Assembly (NCBI GenBank): GCA_951406725.2
Contig: OX597818.1
Span: forward strand, 127,100,001-127,164,000
DNA length: 64,000 nucleotides
Source of the DNA: Octopus vulgaris
Taxonomy: Eukaryota
Direction of reading: 5' to 3'
The notes under the pieces are model-generated. The model searched no databases. It had not been told where the DNA came from and saw only the letters and a list, made by a program, of their open reading frames with translations. How positions within the stretch are numbered: the first letter of the stretch is position 1; every line of letters begins with the position of its first letter. A program made the position numbers and the translations under genes. Positions 50,664 to 64,000 of this stretch are shown one piece after another.

Positions 50664-50706
50664 TTTCAGTACCGGTTTCGGTCATTTTGAGACCTTTTCA
50701 ACTGTA
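50664..50706 (-). ncRNA. Minimal hammerhead ribozyme with U3-A8 core
   Basis: Minus: tacag-TTGAAAA-GGTC(tcaaaat)GACC-GAAAC-CG-GTA-ctgaa; palindromic ACCGGT; lies between TA runs. Confidence 0.72.
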
Positions 50707-51498
50707 ACGATATATATATATATATATATATATATAAATGTGTGTGTGTGTGTGTGTGTGTAAATATTTATATCAATGTATCCAGGACGATTATATCGAC
50801 ATATAATTCATATATGCATATCATTCAATATATGCATAACATATTTGGGAAAACAATTACGAAACAGAAATCAACGTACACAAGCACACGAATGTACGTA
50901 CGCTTGTAAATATGCAAATATATTCAAGAATACCATTGCATGTGAATATGTGGGTTGGATAAAAATATTATATGATATAACATTATATGTGCGTGTGAGT
51001 ATGTATGTATAAAACTCTCTCTCCCTCTCTCTCCACACACATGTATGTACATACATAAATTCACTCACATATAGAAGCACATACATATATAATATATATC
51101 TATATATATATATACACACACACACACATATGTTTATATATATCTAGGTTTACACATGTATGTATGTATGTATGTATGTATGTATGTATGTATGTATGTA
51201 TGTATGTATGTATGCATGTATGTATGGAAGGCTGGATCTGCGAACATCTGTACATACATATACATTATTGTATATCCTTACCCTCTCATATTTACTCCTA
51301 CACAGATTGCTATTACTATTAATTTTATATAATGAGTAGTAATTATTTATGTTCTGAATATTCCCAAATCTATATATATATATATATATATATATACGTC
51401 ACTGTTTATTTTTCTGATGGTGTGATCTGTACGAAAAATCCGTGTTATGGGTGCACTAAAATATATTTGTATATATCAAATATACACACAAAGCATAT

Positions 51499-51578
<80 letters not shown>

Positions 51579-51623
51579 TTATTTATTTATCTATCTATCT
51601 ATCTATCTATCTATCAATCTATT

Positions 51624-51671
<48 letters not shown>

Positions 51672-51704
51672 ACACACAGACATACATATATAAATATATA
51701 TTTA

Positions 51705-51741
<37 letters not shown>

Positions 51742-52178
51742 GGACGATATAAAAAAGAAATATTGCTAACCTGATAGGGATATCGATTTATTCTGTTTCG
51801 TTTAGAAATTTTGTTAATTTTTTTTTTTTTTGTTTTCGCTTATAAAACATAAACTGCTACTCTGACCGATATTTATTTAAATATGCACGCATTTGATCGC
51901 ACATATCTAAGCATGTGTATGAGTATGTGCTTGTATGTGGGTGTGCGTATGTGTGTGTGTATGTATAGATATGCATGTGCACGCAGGTGCTTCAGTTTAC
52001 GGTCCATTAAATCTATAATAAAAGCGTGGGAAAGCTCAGGAGCTGCATATGTATGTGAGTGTCTGTTTCTACGTATTTATTCGTATTCATGTATATTTTT
52101 TATAAATATCTATGTATATGTATTAATGTATATACATGTATATGTGTCTGTGTATTTTGTATTTGTATTTATGTATAG

Positions 52179-52209
<31 letters not shown>

Positions 52210-53789
52210 CATACATGTGTGTGTGTTTGTGTATGTGTGGGTTTGTGTGCGTATGTATATGTGTTCCATGTATGTACATAAATAAAGGATGAATAAACCC
52301 TAAAATCCTCAGTCCTATAAATGTTCTCGACTTAGCTTTGCCGTAATCGAAGAGCATACATAAACATCTCGGAAAATGTTGTTTATTTACATAGAACCAG
52401 AAGGAACTCTTCAAAGTCTCATAAAGCCATAATCGAAGACTTTCGGAATGACTAAATTGCATGCGTCATGTAAGGATTTAACTAGTAGAATGTTTTCGAC
52501 AGTGTATCTACGGAATCAAACATGAGTTATGGATGGATTTGTGTCAATAATTAGTAGATGCATTACATGTTTCGTGGCTTAATGACAAATAATCTTAGAC
52601 AAAGATTTTGTTTCTATTAAATGCGCGATATATATTTTTATTAGATCACAGCTATATACTTCTATCAGATTACATATACCAAGGATATACTACTCAATGT
52701 TTTTGTTCCAAATATTTGTTTCACCAACATGACTAACTAGACTGAACTCGGATACAGATACTAAAAAAGGAAAACCATCTGCGTTGCACATGACACACAA
52801 GTAGAAACACTGCTACAGCCAATCCACAGATTTATCAGAACTGATGAGATTGTAATTAGAAAATTGTTCTAAGACAATGATGTTGAGATTTTAAATAATG
52901 AACGAAAGTAATATCAAGTTAGATAAAGAAAGTGACATAAAGAAATTAGACCAAGTAGAGGTTTACAAATTATAAAATTATTACATTATAAAATCATTAG
53001 ATCATTACTTAAAACAGAGTCAGAAGTTTAAAAATGTAAGGTAACAGCTTCCTCAGCAGTAAGTTACAGTTACAACATTCGCAATATGATACGAAATGGA
53101 CTAGCAAAATAACTAGCAAAATTATGACTTCATTTAAAAACTGCAATATGTCTGCTATAGAAATATTTACTTCCTATGAATGCAAGGTCGCAGATGTCCA
53201 CTCAGACTAGAAAGTTATAAAATAGCCAACGTTAAATTACAACACATCTAGGAAATAGCTTAATACAAATAACTACAAAATGCATATAAAACATAAAACA
53301 ATATTCTTATTTGGCGGTAAACCGACAAATATAAAACAATGGTTAAGATGATAGACAGGTCTGATATAAAAATGAGAAGAGAAATTATGAAATGGCCACT
53401 TTGGCTAAAAGTGATGTTGCAGAATATTATGCTGAAGCAATAGCAAGAGAGGCACCGAATACGTGAATGGAGAAAAAACTGGAAGTAACTACGTAAAAGA
53501 AAATCGTTAGCTGAGTAGTAAAGGAATTAAAAACCCTGATTGATGGATTCTTGATTGCATTGCAAGATTAAAAATGCCCTTCCAGAATCTGCTGATGGTA
53601 TATAATGAAGCAGAATGAATGAAATAATGACAGGATATGTGGAGATAGAGAGAAACTATTAATGATATCACCTCTGGTTAACCAGGGAGGATATATCTAC
53701 ACACATGAAAGGGTATAAGATGAAGTATAAACATATACCAGAAATATCACAGAAAAAAAATCAAAGCGATTATACCCCGGCATACACCA

Positions 53790-54680
53790 ATCTACACAGA
53801 CAGGGAAATCAAGTTTAGTATGGATGTGAGGATCTTGTAGGTGATGTTGAGACATGTTATTGGTCGGTAGTTCTCTGGATTTTTCGTGTTTTCAGTTTTT
53901 GGTAGAAGGTATATTGTTCCTTCGGTCAGCCAGGCAGGTATTTGGTTTGGGTTCTGGATGACATCAGTTAGGGGTGCAGCAAAATTTTGGTGAACTTCTG
54001 TCAAACAATTCAGCCAGAAGTTAGGGATCCGGTCCCTATATATTGGGAAGTTCTAAAGAATTGATTCATTTTCTGCCTCAGTCACAGCCCCAGGGTGGTG
54101 CTTGTTCCATTTGTCAGCAGTTTTGATTTTGCAACACCTATTTCTTTACTACCCACAAGGGGCTAAACATAGAGGGGACAAACAAGAACAGACAAACGGA
54201 TTAAGTCGATTAGATCGACCCCAGTGCGTAACTGGTACTTAATTTATCGACCCCGAAAGGATGAAAGGCAAAGTCGACCTCGGCGGAATTTGAACTCAGA
54301 ATGTAACGGCAGACGAAATACGGCTACGCATTTCGCCCGGCGTGCTAACGATTCTACCAGCTCACCGCCTTTGATTTTGCAATACCGACACATTCAGACC
54401 ATAACTAACAACTGAAACTGCTAAGTAATTTATGGCTAACACCTTGTTACGTGCATTTAAATCAGATTTTAGGACTGCTCAAACTCTCCTGTAACATTCC
54501 TCTGACTTTCCCTTTCATGCGTGCATACTGAATGACAGAGTCCTCATTTATTCCGAGGTATTTGTAAGTTTGTTCCTGCTCTTTTATAACGGTGTCAAAA
54601 TCTAACACTACTGAATGTGAGGTCATCAATTTCCCTTTCTGGAAAGTGGCCTTTTGTCAAGACCAAATTTCATCCAGTAT
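53790..54680 (-). mobile_element. R4/Dong-like RT fragments interrupted by a SINE
   Basis: IPAWLTEGTIYLLPK..NPENYRPITCLNITYKILTSIL (53800-53945); YKYLGINED and a following frameshifted ILKS.LNARNK-like stretch (54430-54570). Confidence 0.85.
54139..54370 (-). mobile_element. SINE family C, tail type 1, full length
   Basis: 16-bp TSD TTGATTTTGCAA(C/T)ACC at 54123-54138 and 54371-54386. Confidence 0.95.
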
Positions 54681-54707
54681 CACTATTATTATTATTATTA
54701 TTATTAT

Positions 54708-54759
<52 letters not shown>

Positions 54760-54760
<1 letters not shown>

Positions 54761-54985
54761 AAGGCGGCGAGCTGGAAGAATCGTTCGCACACCGGGCGAA
54801 ATGTTTAGCGGTATTTCGCCTGCGCGGCTACGTTCTAAATTAAAATTCCGCCGAGGTTGACTTTGCCTTTTATCCTTTCGATGTCGATAAAATAAGTACC
54901 AGTTGAACACTGGGACCGATGTAATCGACTCATACCCTCCCACAAAGTGGCTGCCCTTGTGGAAAAACTTGAAACCACTATTATT
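54760..54985 (+). mobile_element. SINE family C, tail type 2
   Basis: Preceded by (ATT)n(AGT)n; ends TTGAAACCACTATTAT. Confidence 0.9.
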
Positions 54986-54987
54986 AT

Positions 54988-55087
54988 NNNNNNNNNNNNN
55001 NNNNNNNNNNNNNNNNNNNNNNNNNNNNNNNNNNNNNNNNNNNNNNNNNNNNNNNNNNNNNNNNNNNNNNNNNNNNNNNNNNNNNNN
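54988..55087. other. Assembly gap (100 N)
   Basis: Run of N. Confidence 1.
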
Positions 55088-56270
55088 AAACAAACAATCA
55101 AACAACCAACTAAATAACCAACCAAATAACTAATCAAACAACCAATCAAACAACCAGCCAAATAACCAGTCAAACAACCAACTAAACAACCAATCAAACA
55201 AACAATCAAACAACCAACTAAATAACCAACCAAATAACTAATCAAACAACCAATCAAACAACCAGCCAAATAACCAGTCAAACAACCAACTAAACAACCA
55301 ATCAAACAAACAATCAAACAACAAGTCAAACAACTGAACAACCCATCAAACAACCAATCAAACAACCAGCCAAATAACCAGTCAAACAACCAACTAAACA
55401 ACCAATCAAACAAACAATCAAACAACACTCAAACAACCAACCAAATAACCAGTCAAACAACCAACTAAACAACCAATCAAACAAACAATCAAACAACAAG
55501 TCAAACAACTGAACAACCCATCAAACAACCAATCAAACAACCAGCCAAATAACCAGTCAAACAACCAACTAAACAACCAATCAAACAAACAATCAAACAA
55601 CCAGCCAAACAACCAACCAATCAAACAACCAATCAAACAACCAGCCAAATAACCAGTCAAACAACCAACTAAACAACCAATCAAACAACCAGCCAAACAA
55701 CCAGTCAAACAACCAATCAAACAACCAGCCAAATAACTGAATAACTAATCAAACAATCAATTAAACAGCCACCCAAACAACCAATCAAACAACCTGATAA
55801 TCAACCAGCCAAACAAGTGAACAACCAATAAGACTACCAAATAATAAACGATACTGCCAAGCAACTACCGAAATAACTAAGCAGCCATACCTACCAACCA
55901 AACAAGTAAACAACTAAAAAACAAGACAACTAAACAACCAATCAAACAATCAGTCAAACTGTAAAATAACTTACTATTCAAACAATTAAACAGACAAGCA
56001 TGTAACCAGCCAAACAATTCATTAACCAAACAATTAAAATAACCAACCAAACAACTAAACTAGGAACAAACAACCAAAGCAGAGATACAATCACGGATAC
56101 AAACAACAAAGACACCCATACAATCACCTAAACAACTAACCAAGCAACGAAAACAAACAACTGACCGAACAAGCAACTGACCGAACAAGCAACTGACCGA
56201 ACAACACATTACACTGCCAAACAACGAACAATGCTTCAACCAAAAAGACAGACAAATAATCAATCAGATA
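55088..56270. repeat. 12-bp minisatellite (AATCAAACAACC-like), decaying rightwards
   Basis: Homogeneous to ~55740 with a 108-bp higher-order period at the start; diverged thereafter. Confidence 0.92.
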
Positions 56271-56685
56271 CCGAAAAAGCAACCATGTCCAGAACCTCTA
56301 CGCTATTATATTAGAAAAAGGCAGGATGATATAATGTGATGTATTTAGGTTCCTTTTATATAGGAAAAAGTCGAGATGGTCAGGTTTGGGACCTCTTTGG
56401 TCATAAGTCTGCATGATAAGGACTGACATTGGGTTTAACTACTAAAGTTACACGAATATACTACGAGTTTAAAAGGATGATAATATTAATAATTATATAT
56501 GATAGGGTGTCACATACTAATACAGTATAGGTTAATATCTTATACAACAAATACCCCATTGTAGCAATAGATCCAAAATTCTATCTCATAGAGAAGAACA
56601 ATTTTCTATTAGAGATTGTTAGAGAGTTAGCTAAATAGTATATGGTAGTTAGTTAGCTCGATAGATAGATCGATAAATAGATAGA

Positions 56686-57040
56686 TATGTTTCTTTATTA
56701 GCCACATAGGGTTGCACACGGGCGGGACAGATTACAAAGTAGAGCTTTTCTTTTTGGGGAGAAAAAAAAGTGGGGTAGGTTTTCGATCAAAAGGGATCGT
56801 AAAAGGGAAAGAAAAAAGAAAAACAAAAAAGAAATGTCATGATGTAAAGTGTAAAGGGGGAAGCAGATAAGGTTTATCCATGTAAAGAAAAGCCTACGGA
56901 AAAGACCACGGTAACCTCGGTCAATAATGTTACATTTTACCACATTTGTTTGCAAGTAGGTAACCCTCTGTTTTAAATTTTTCCGGGTTCATAGGATTAT
57001 GCTCAAGGTGGCTTCGTCATTCATACGTGCCATCCTTGCT
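56686..57040 (-). mobile_element. LINE 3' end (Tx1/L1-like by inference) embedded in (GATA)n
   Basis: Minus: ORF end ARMARMNDEATLSIIL*, 3' UTR, AATAAA, then (ATCT)n; second copy at 60012-60292. Confidence 0.6.
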
Positions 57041-57057
57041 AGATAGATAGATAGATG

Positions 57058-57128
<71 letters not shown>

Positions 57129-57203
57129 GGATAGATGGATAACTGAGAAGAATTATATCTAAAATATGAAAAGTTTATTTAGACCCACTTCCCAATTTCC
57201 TCT

Positions 57204-57329
<126 letters not shown>

Positions 57330-57437
57330 AATACTTTCTGAGAACCCAGAGTGTACATGCTCCATCTTCCATTTACATATACGTTGCTTGAGAAGTTTCT
57401 GGCTAGCATATTTGTTTTGCTAATGTTGTAAACATGG

Positions 57438-57500
<63 letters not shown>

Positions 57501-57717
57501 GGAAGGAGGGAGAGAGAGAGAGAATGACTACTGAGAGGAACTTTATCTGAGAGATATAAAGTTTATTTCGATTTATTTCCCAATTTCCCTTTCTGTAAAT
57601 GTTAGTCTTAAGTGTATGTGTGTATATATACACACACACACACACAATCACACACATATATATATATATGTACATATATGTGTGTGTGTGTGTCTGCGCG
57701 CGCGCTTTTATATATAA

Positions 57718-57779
<62 letters not shown>

Positions 57780-57798
57780 GGATAGATAAATATATATA

Positions 57799-57888
<90 letters not shown>

Positions 57889-58289
57889 GGATAGATTCGT
57901 CTTTTATGACTAAACTAATAACTTAAGAGTGGGATTATATACTAGATAAACAATCGAAGTCACAAAATCGGGTGAATATGGGAATTGAACGTAGAGCTAA
58001 AGTGGAAACTGCATTGACATTTCAAACAGTTAATCAGAAGAAAATGAACATTTTAGCCATCACACTATCTTATACTTCCTTACTAACTCTCTCTCTCCCC
58101 CTCTCTCTCTCTTTGTCTCTCTCTCTCTTTCTCTCTCCTTATGTGTATGTGTATGTGTATACAGATAGCTTGCTAGCTAGCTAGATGATACATACATACA
58201 TACATACATACATACATACATACATACATACATACATACATACATACAGATACGTGAGTACATGCATAATCACATACATACACACGCAT

Positions 58290-58520
58290 ACAGTTGCGGC
58301 CAAAATGTTCAGAACGGTATTGTTTTTGTCAGAAAAGTAGGTATAAGATTTTATCAAAGTTGTTTTATATTCTATAATTTTCACAGACAATAAATACAAT
58401 ATTAATTGTTATTGTCTGAGATTTTGGTGCAATTTGAGAGGATAATACAAAAGTTATGGATAATTTAGGGATTTACTGCAAAAGCCATGGCGGCCAAAAT
58501 GATCAGAACGGTTGAAAAGA
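58290..58520 (+). mobile_element. Tc1-like IR/DR terminal fragment
   Basis: TA-CAGTTGCGGCCAAAATGTTCAGAACGG with an internal direct repeat GCGGCCAAAATGATCAGAACGG ~195 bp downstream. Confidence 0.65.
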
Positions 58521-58574
58521 TAACAAAATAATCAAAAATGACAGAGAATACTGGAATTATTTACACACACATAC

Positions 58575-58638
<64 letters not shown>

Positions 58639-58640
<2 letters not shown>

Positions 58641-58805
58641 TCCCTTCTCTGGATCTTTCCTTCTCCTATGTTTCCGACGAAGAGCTCCGCTCAAAATGTT
58701 AAGCCCTCCTTCTTTCCTTCTTTCCTGAGCGTCCAATAATACTATATTTGTTCCACGTCCTCGCGTTGTTTTGTTTTGTTGTGCTTTCATGTTTGGATTA
58801 ACTAT
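58639..58805 (+). mobile_element. Family-E-related Penelope-like terminus with decayed hammerhead at 58670-58704
   Basis: gttt-CCGACGA-A-GAGC(TCC)GCTC-AAAAT-GTT-aagc; downstream TTCCTGAGCG..AATA motif shared with family E; TA runs on both sides. Confidence 0.6.
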
Positions 58806-58826
58806 GTATATATATATATATATGTA

Positions 58827-58896
<70 letters not shown>

Positions 58897-59170
58897 TACA
58901 TATATATATTTATATGTATATACATCTCTATCTTTCTCTCTGATTCTCTCTTATTCAGTGTCTTACTGTCTTCATAATATTCTGTCTTTAAAATCTTTCT
59001 TTCATTTCTTTCTCTCCCTTCTCCCTTTCTCCCTTTTTACAGGCACACATACGCATTCGCACACACACATATATACACATACACACGCATAGATATATAT
59101 GGTTGCATAACAAACATGCAGACTGACAGACTAAGTGAATAAGAAAAAAACATACAAATAAGGGCGGTGC

Positions 59171-59266
<96 letters not shown>

Positions 59267-59459
59267 GCATATATATAATAATTGTCTGGAGAACCTGATG
59301 AAGCGTGTATGACCTCCGTGGTAAGCTGTTCATACACTCTAATGTTCACGACAACATAAAATTGGTTGAAAGGCTCTTCAATGCGTACTCAACCAAGATA
59401 CACTTACATAAAGTTTTGAATACCAAATATACCAATTTGGCTTGCAGTTTGTGTATATA

Positions 59460-59844
59460 GGTGTGGCTGTGTGGCTGTGTGGCAAGAAGTTTGCTTCCCA
59501 ACCACACCGTTCCGGGCTCAGTCCCACTGCATGGCACCTTGGGCAAGTGTCTTATGTTATAGCTCCGGGCCGGCCAAAGCCTTGTGAGTGGATTTGGTAG
59601 ACGGAAACTGACAGAATCTTGTTGTATGTATATATCTATGTATACATGTCTTTGTGTTGCCCCCCCACCACCACTTGACAACCCATGTTGATGCGTTTAC
59701 ATCGTTGTGACCCAGTGGTTCGGCAAAAGACCGATGGAATAAGCACCAGGCTTAAAAGAAATAAGTTGTGGTCCATTCGTTCGTCTGAAATTCTTCAATG
59801 TCGTGCCTCAGCGTAACCGTAGTCTAATGAAGGAAACAAGTAAA

Positions 59845-59845
<1 letters not shown>
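59460..59845 (+). mobile_element. SINE family A, diverged
   Basis: Head-to-tail match. Confidence 0.88.
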
Positions 59846-59918
<73 letters not shown>

Positions 59919-60011
59919 ATGGATGGATGGATGGATGGATGGATGGACGGACGGACGGACGGACAGACAGACAGACAGACAGACAGATAGATAGACAGAT
60001 AGATAGATAGA

Positions 60012-60289
60012 TATGTTTCTTTATTAGCCACACAGGGCTGCACACAGACAGGACAAATTACAAGGTAGAGCTTTTCTTTTGGGGGTAAAAAAAGGGGGTT
60101 TGGTTTTCGATCAAAAGGGATCGTAAAGGGAAAGAAAGAGGACAAAAAAGGGGGGAATAAAATTTTAAAAAAAAGTGGGGGAGGGAAAGGAAAAAAAAAA
60201 TTTATCAATAGGGATCGTTATCACAGAAATGTCAATATGAAGTGTAAATGGACAGGTGAGGTTTACCCGTGGAAAGAAAAGCCTACGGA

Positions 60290-60292
<3 letters not shown>
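60012..60292 (-). mobile_element. Second, shorter copy of the (GATA)n-embedded LINE 3' UTR
   Basis: ATGTTTCTTTATTAGCCACA...AAAGAAAAGCCTACGGAAAAGA shared with 56686-56905. Confidence 0.75.
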
Positions 60293-60383
<91 letters not shown>

Positions 60384-60821
60384 CCTCATGCATGAATGTT
60401 GTGTGGGTTTGCCTACAAATCTGGCATGTCTGGTTTTTATGTGTACGCCTATAGCTAAAACTGTTACAACTATTTTGTTTTCGAGTGTCATACTTCTGCT
60501 ATACCTGTTAAATGATAGTCAAAATATCTACAATTCGAGTTATTTGTAACTTATTATCCGTTCAAAAGACAGAATGAAGAAAGTGCTGTTTGTATTGTCG
60601 GGAAATTCTTTGGCCATTTAAGAACCCTATTTCTTGCTGAGTTTCTAGAACCTGAAAGAAACGTGGGAAGAATAGGGTGGGGGGAACTGCAACGGGTATA
60701 TCCCTTTTTTCTATTTTTGATCTTTCTTTACTCTAGCTATGACGTCAATGAGGATTGTTTGCGCATGTGATTTGTATATGTAGCCTGAGGTAGGAAAAAA
60801 GTTCTGGAATGTTCGTATTCG

Positions 60822-61202
<381 letters not shown>

Positions 61203-61721
61203 TTTCTCATCGGAGCTGATTATTTTAGTAGAACAATGACGTGCTAACCTACCTCTCCAAGCAGTTTGTTAATCATCATTTACTGAAAATTAGAAGACCC
61301 GTCAGTGCGTCTGGTCGATTTGGCTTTCGAAATTAGCTTCGGTTTTCTGTGCTCGGGATTCAAATCTTGTAGAGGTCAACTTTATCTTTTATCCTTTCGA
61401 GGAACCAACCTACGATGCTCTGTTGATTAAATTCAAAGAGTTCCGGTTTCGGAGCCTTTGAGAGGATCTGTTTTGAATTTTGGTGTTCTGACAATAATGC
61501 CAGCGATTACAATAATTCCAGGCTGTATCGGAATTGGCGTCACTTTTCTCTAGAAAAAGTTCAGTGACATAGCTTCTTTCAGTTTTCGTCAACAAATCTG
61601 CAGAAGACACGCCTACACCTATGTGTTTGAGCGGGGTATATAGGTGTATACACCGCTACACGCACACACACACAGACAGAAAGAGAAACAGACAGATTGA
61701 CAGGCAGGGGGGCAGGCAGGC

Positions 61722-61847
<126 letters not shown>

Positions 61848-62101
61848 ATAGATAGATGGATAGATATAGAGAAGACGTTTACTGTCGAAGTCATGATATT
61901 TAGTCTTGCGATGATGCAAAGTTCGCATTTTCTGCCCCTTCTCCTGTATTTTCCGGCCTTAGCTATAATGCGGCGGCTGCTTACTTCCTCTCCTTAGGTG
62001 TCCATACATTACTGGATAAAAATGTTGTATGTCTTTTGTATTTATCGCTGAACGAGGGCAACGCTTTCAAACAGCGCTATATGCAGCATTATATGAACAT
62101 T

Positions 62102-62405
62102 GTGGAGGTGCAATGGCCCAGTGGTTAGGGTAGCGGACTCGCGGTCGTAGGATCGCGGTTTCGATTCCCAGACCGGGCTTTGTGAGTGTTTATTGAGCGA
62201 AAACACCTAATGCTCCATGATGCTCCGGCAGGGGGTGGTGATCCCTGCTGTACTCTTTCACTACTCTTTCTCCCACTCTTTCTTCTGTTGGCCTGCTCGC
62301 TTAGCCAGCGGGGTGGCATCATTTGAAGGCTAAAACAATGCGAACGCATTGTGACCAGCGATGTGTAACAACATCTGATGGTCTGGTCGGTCACGTGAAC
62401 ACGTG
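62102..62405 (+). mobile_element. SINE family B1, full length
   Basis: 11-bp TSD ATATGAACATT (62091-62101 and 62406-62416). Confidence 0.95.
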
Positions 62406-62751
62406 ATATGAACATTATGCATAAAAGTAACACGCCCCAATAAACTGATACTGGGTTCCCCTATTACACAGATACCTGTGCAATACGCACATTCATGACA
62501 TCTCATGATTCACACAATAAAACACATACAAACACAAACTTATAAATTTTCATCCCAAGCACCAAAGTTGGCGTGAAAATGTATGAAACTCCGCAATTAT
62601 GTGCACATACTCATACACGAAAAAACGCATAAGGGCATAACGCAGGTGTATATATGGAGGAGATGCGTGAGTGTGTGTGCCTGTGTACGTGTGTATGCGT
62701 GGCGTGCGAATTTTGTATGGACGTGCATCTACACATCCATGTGTATTTATA

Positions 62752-63148
62752 TCTTTATATATAAAAGTGAAGTTGTGTGTCTGTCTCCTACGATTTAGAT
62801 TCCTAACTACTCCCACATTTTGCGATGCAGTGTGACCAAAAGCGGGTATCTTATAGTCGTGATTCATATCGAGCCCTTCTGGGTATTAGCGCGCGTCTAC
62901 GATGAGTCTACGATTTAAAAAAAAAATTACCATCATTTTTTCCCATTTTTTATGCATTTTTTTGCTATTATATAAGGGAAGTAACTCTCTAAAAATGTAT
63001 TATTAAATCTCAGAACGTAAAAAGCTACAGTAACACACCCCCCTTTGTGGTTAGCCATATTGAGATAGCTATTATACTTTACATCTCTAAAAATGCTTAT
63101 ATAGTTATTTCCCTTACAAACCCGAGCAACGCCGGGCGATACTGCTAG
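62752..63148 (+). mobile_element. Non-autonomous Helitron
   Basis: A|TC...CCCGAGCAACGCCGGG-CGATACTG-CTAG|T; no TSD. Confidence 0.92.
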
Positions 63149-64000
63149 TTTATAAATATGAACATACACGAGCAGTCTCAAATAAACAGATTTAGAAGTT
63201 AATCAGTTTATGGCGAGCACATCAAGGCTAATGCAAGGAAGACAACAATTATGATCATACAATAAGTGAGCTCCCATTATTTGTATATCTATTTATCCCA
63301 AAATCCTGTACAGTGTCGTGTAGCTCCATGTATTCTCATCCGAGATGGAGACGAGTGCCAACGTTCCCATGTGGCAGGACTGGGATTTCTCACTACATGA
63401 AATCATTACCCACAAATAAAGTGAGTGAGTGTGTGTGGGAAATTGCTAAATGTTATTTATGACAAAAATTTAGAGTAAAATCTCTTAGTAGAGTCTGCCT
63501 GCGTTTTGCATCTTTTTTACTATCTCTCACTCCCATTCCATTTGTTGTCTTGTTTCCCTCTGCCAGCGTAACCAAGAGGACACTCATTGCGTTTATTATA
63601 TGTAAAATAGATTAGTTGTGTCAGTCTTCAGAGACGAAATCAGGGGAACCAATGCACCAGCAAAAATAGGCAAAAAAGCGTTCAAAGTTATTGAACACTG
63701 ACAGATACTATGGATATATTCTGTTTTACCCTCCCGAAGACCTAGATCCATAATGCTTAACATTTTCATTGTACAAATTAATTGTTGCTCCTGCGGAATT
63801 CTATATGCTCTATTATCGGGTTCTTTGCTTTTATGTGATGAAACAGTGCACAGTTTGTTTGTTTGTTTTTTCGATTTATCACTATTAATGCATATTTGAC
63901 TCACCGAAATGTATTCCAATGTCTGGGCATTGCTGAGTCATATATTCAATTCCTTGTTGATATGGCTTATTTATATTTCCCACGAGCACGAAAAATAAAA

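Noticed and set aside
54835-55732. Cys/Gly/Trp repeat ORFs
   Set aside because: Translation of the 12-bp minisatellite; one ORF spans the N gap.
59295-59360. CTGATGAAG followed by a GTGTATGA/TCATACAC hairpin
   Set aside because: No correctly placed GAAA or stem I; may be a decayed relative but I cannot support it.
61410-61610. Possible Tc1/mariner-like N-terminus
   Set aside because: Similarity too vague; no TIR found.
63596-63919. 107-aa minus-strand ORF
   Set aside because: No recognisable motif; cannot tell exon or transposon relic from chance without a search.

Overview
AT-rich, microsatellite-dense eukaryotic DNA with one 100-N gap (54988-55087). I find no intact host gene; it reads as intronic or intergenic. 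The repeat complement looks like an octopod cephalopod (inference from recognising the tRNA-SINE families). Nearly all long ORFs in the track are microsatellite translations. Recognisable content: three abundant tRNA-derived SINE families (A, B, C) with swapped heads and tails; RTE, R4/Dong-like and Tx1-like LINE fragments; a decayed mariner; non-autonomous Helitrons; MITE/fold-back elements; and a 12-bp minisatellite. The most interesting signal is a set of about 8 type-I hammerhead ribozyme motifs in short, mostly (TA)n-associated Penelope-like termini. They include a canonical core with a ~70-nt stem II (42210-42309), a U3-A8 compensated core (50664-50706), loop-less ACGT stem III variants, and a Penelope GIY-YIG 3' end followed by a tRNA-like Pol III cassette and then a hammerhead, present twice as an inverted pair (10515-12075). 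Local inverted duplications are also frequent. All alignments and folds were done by eye and some boundaries are approximate.
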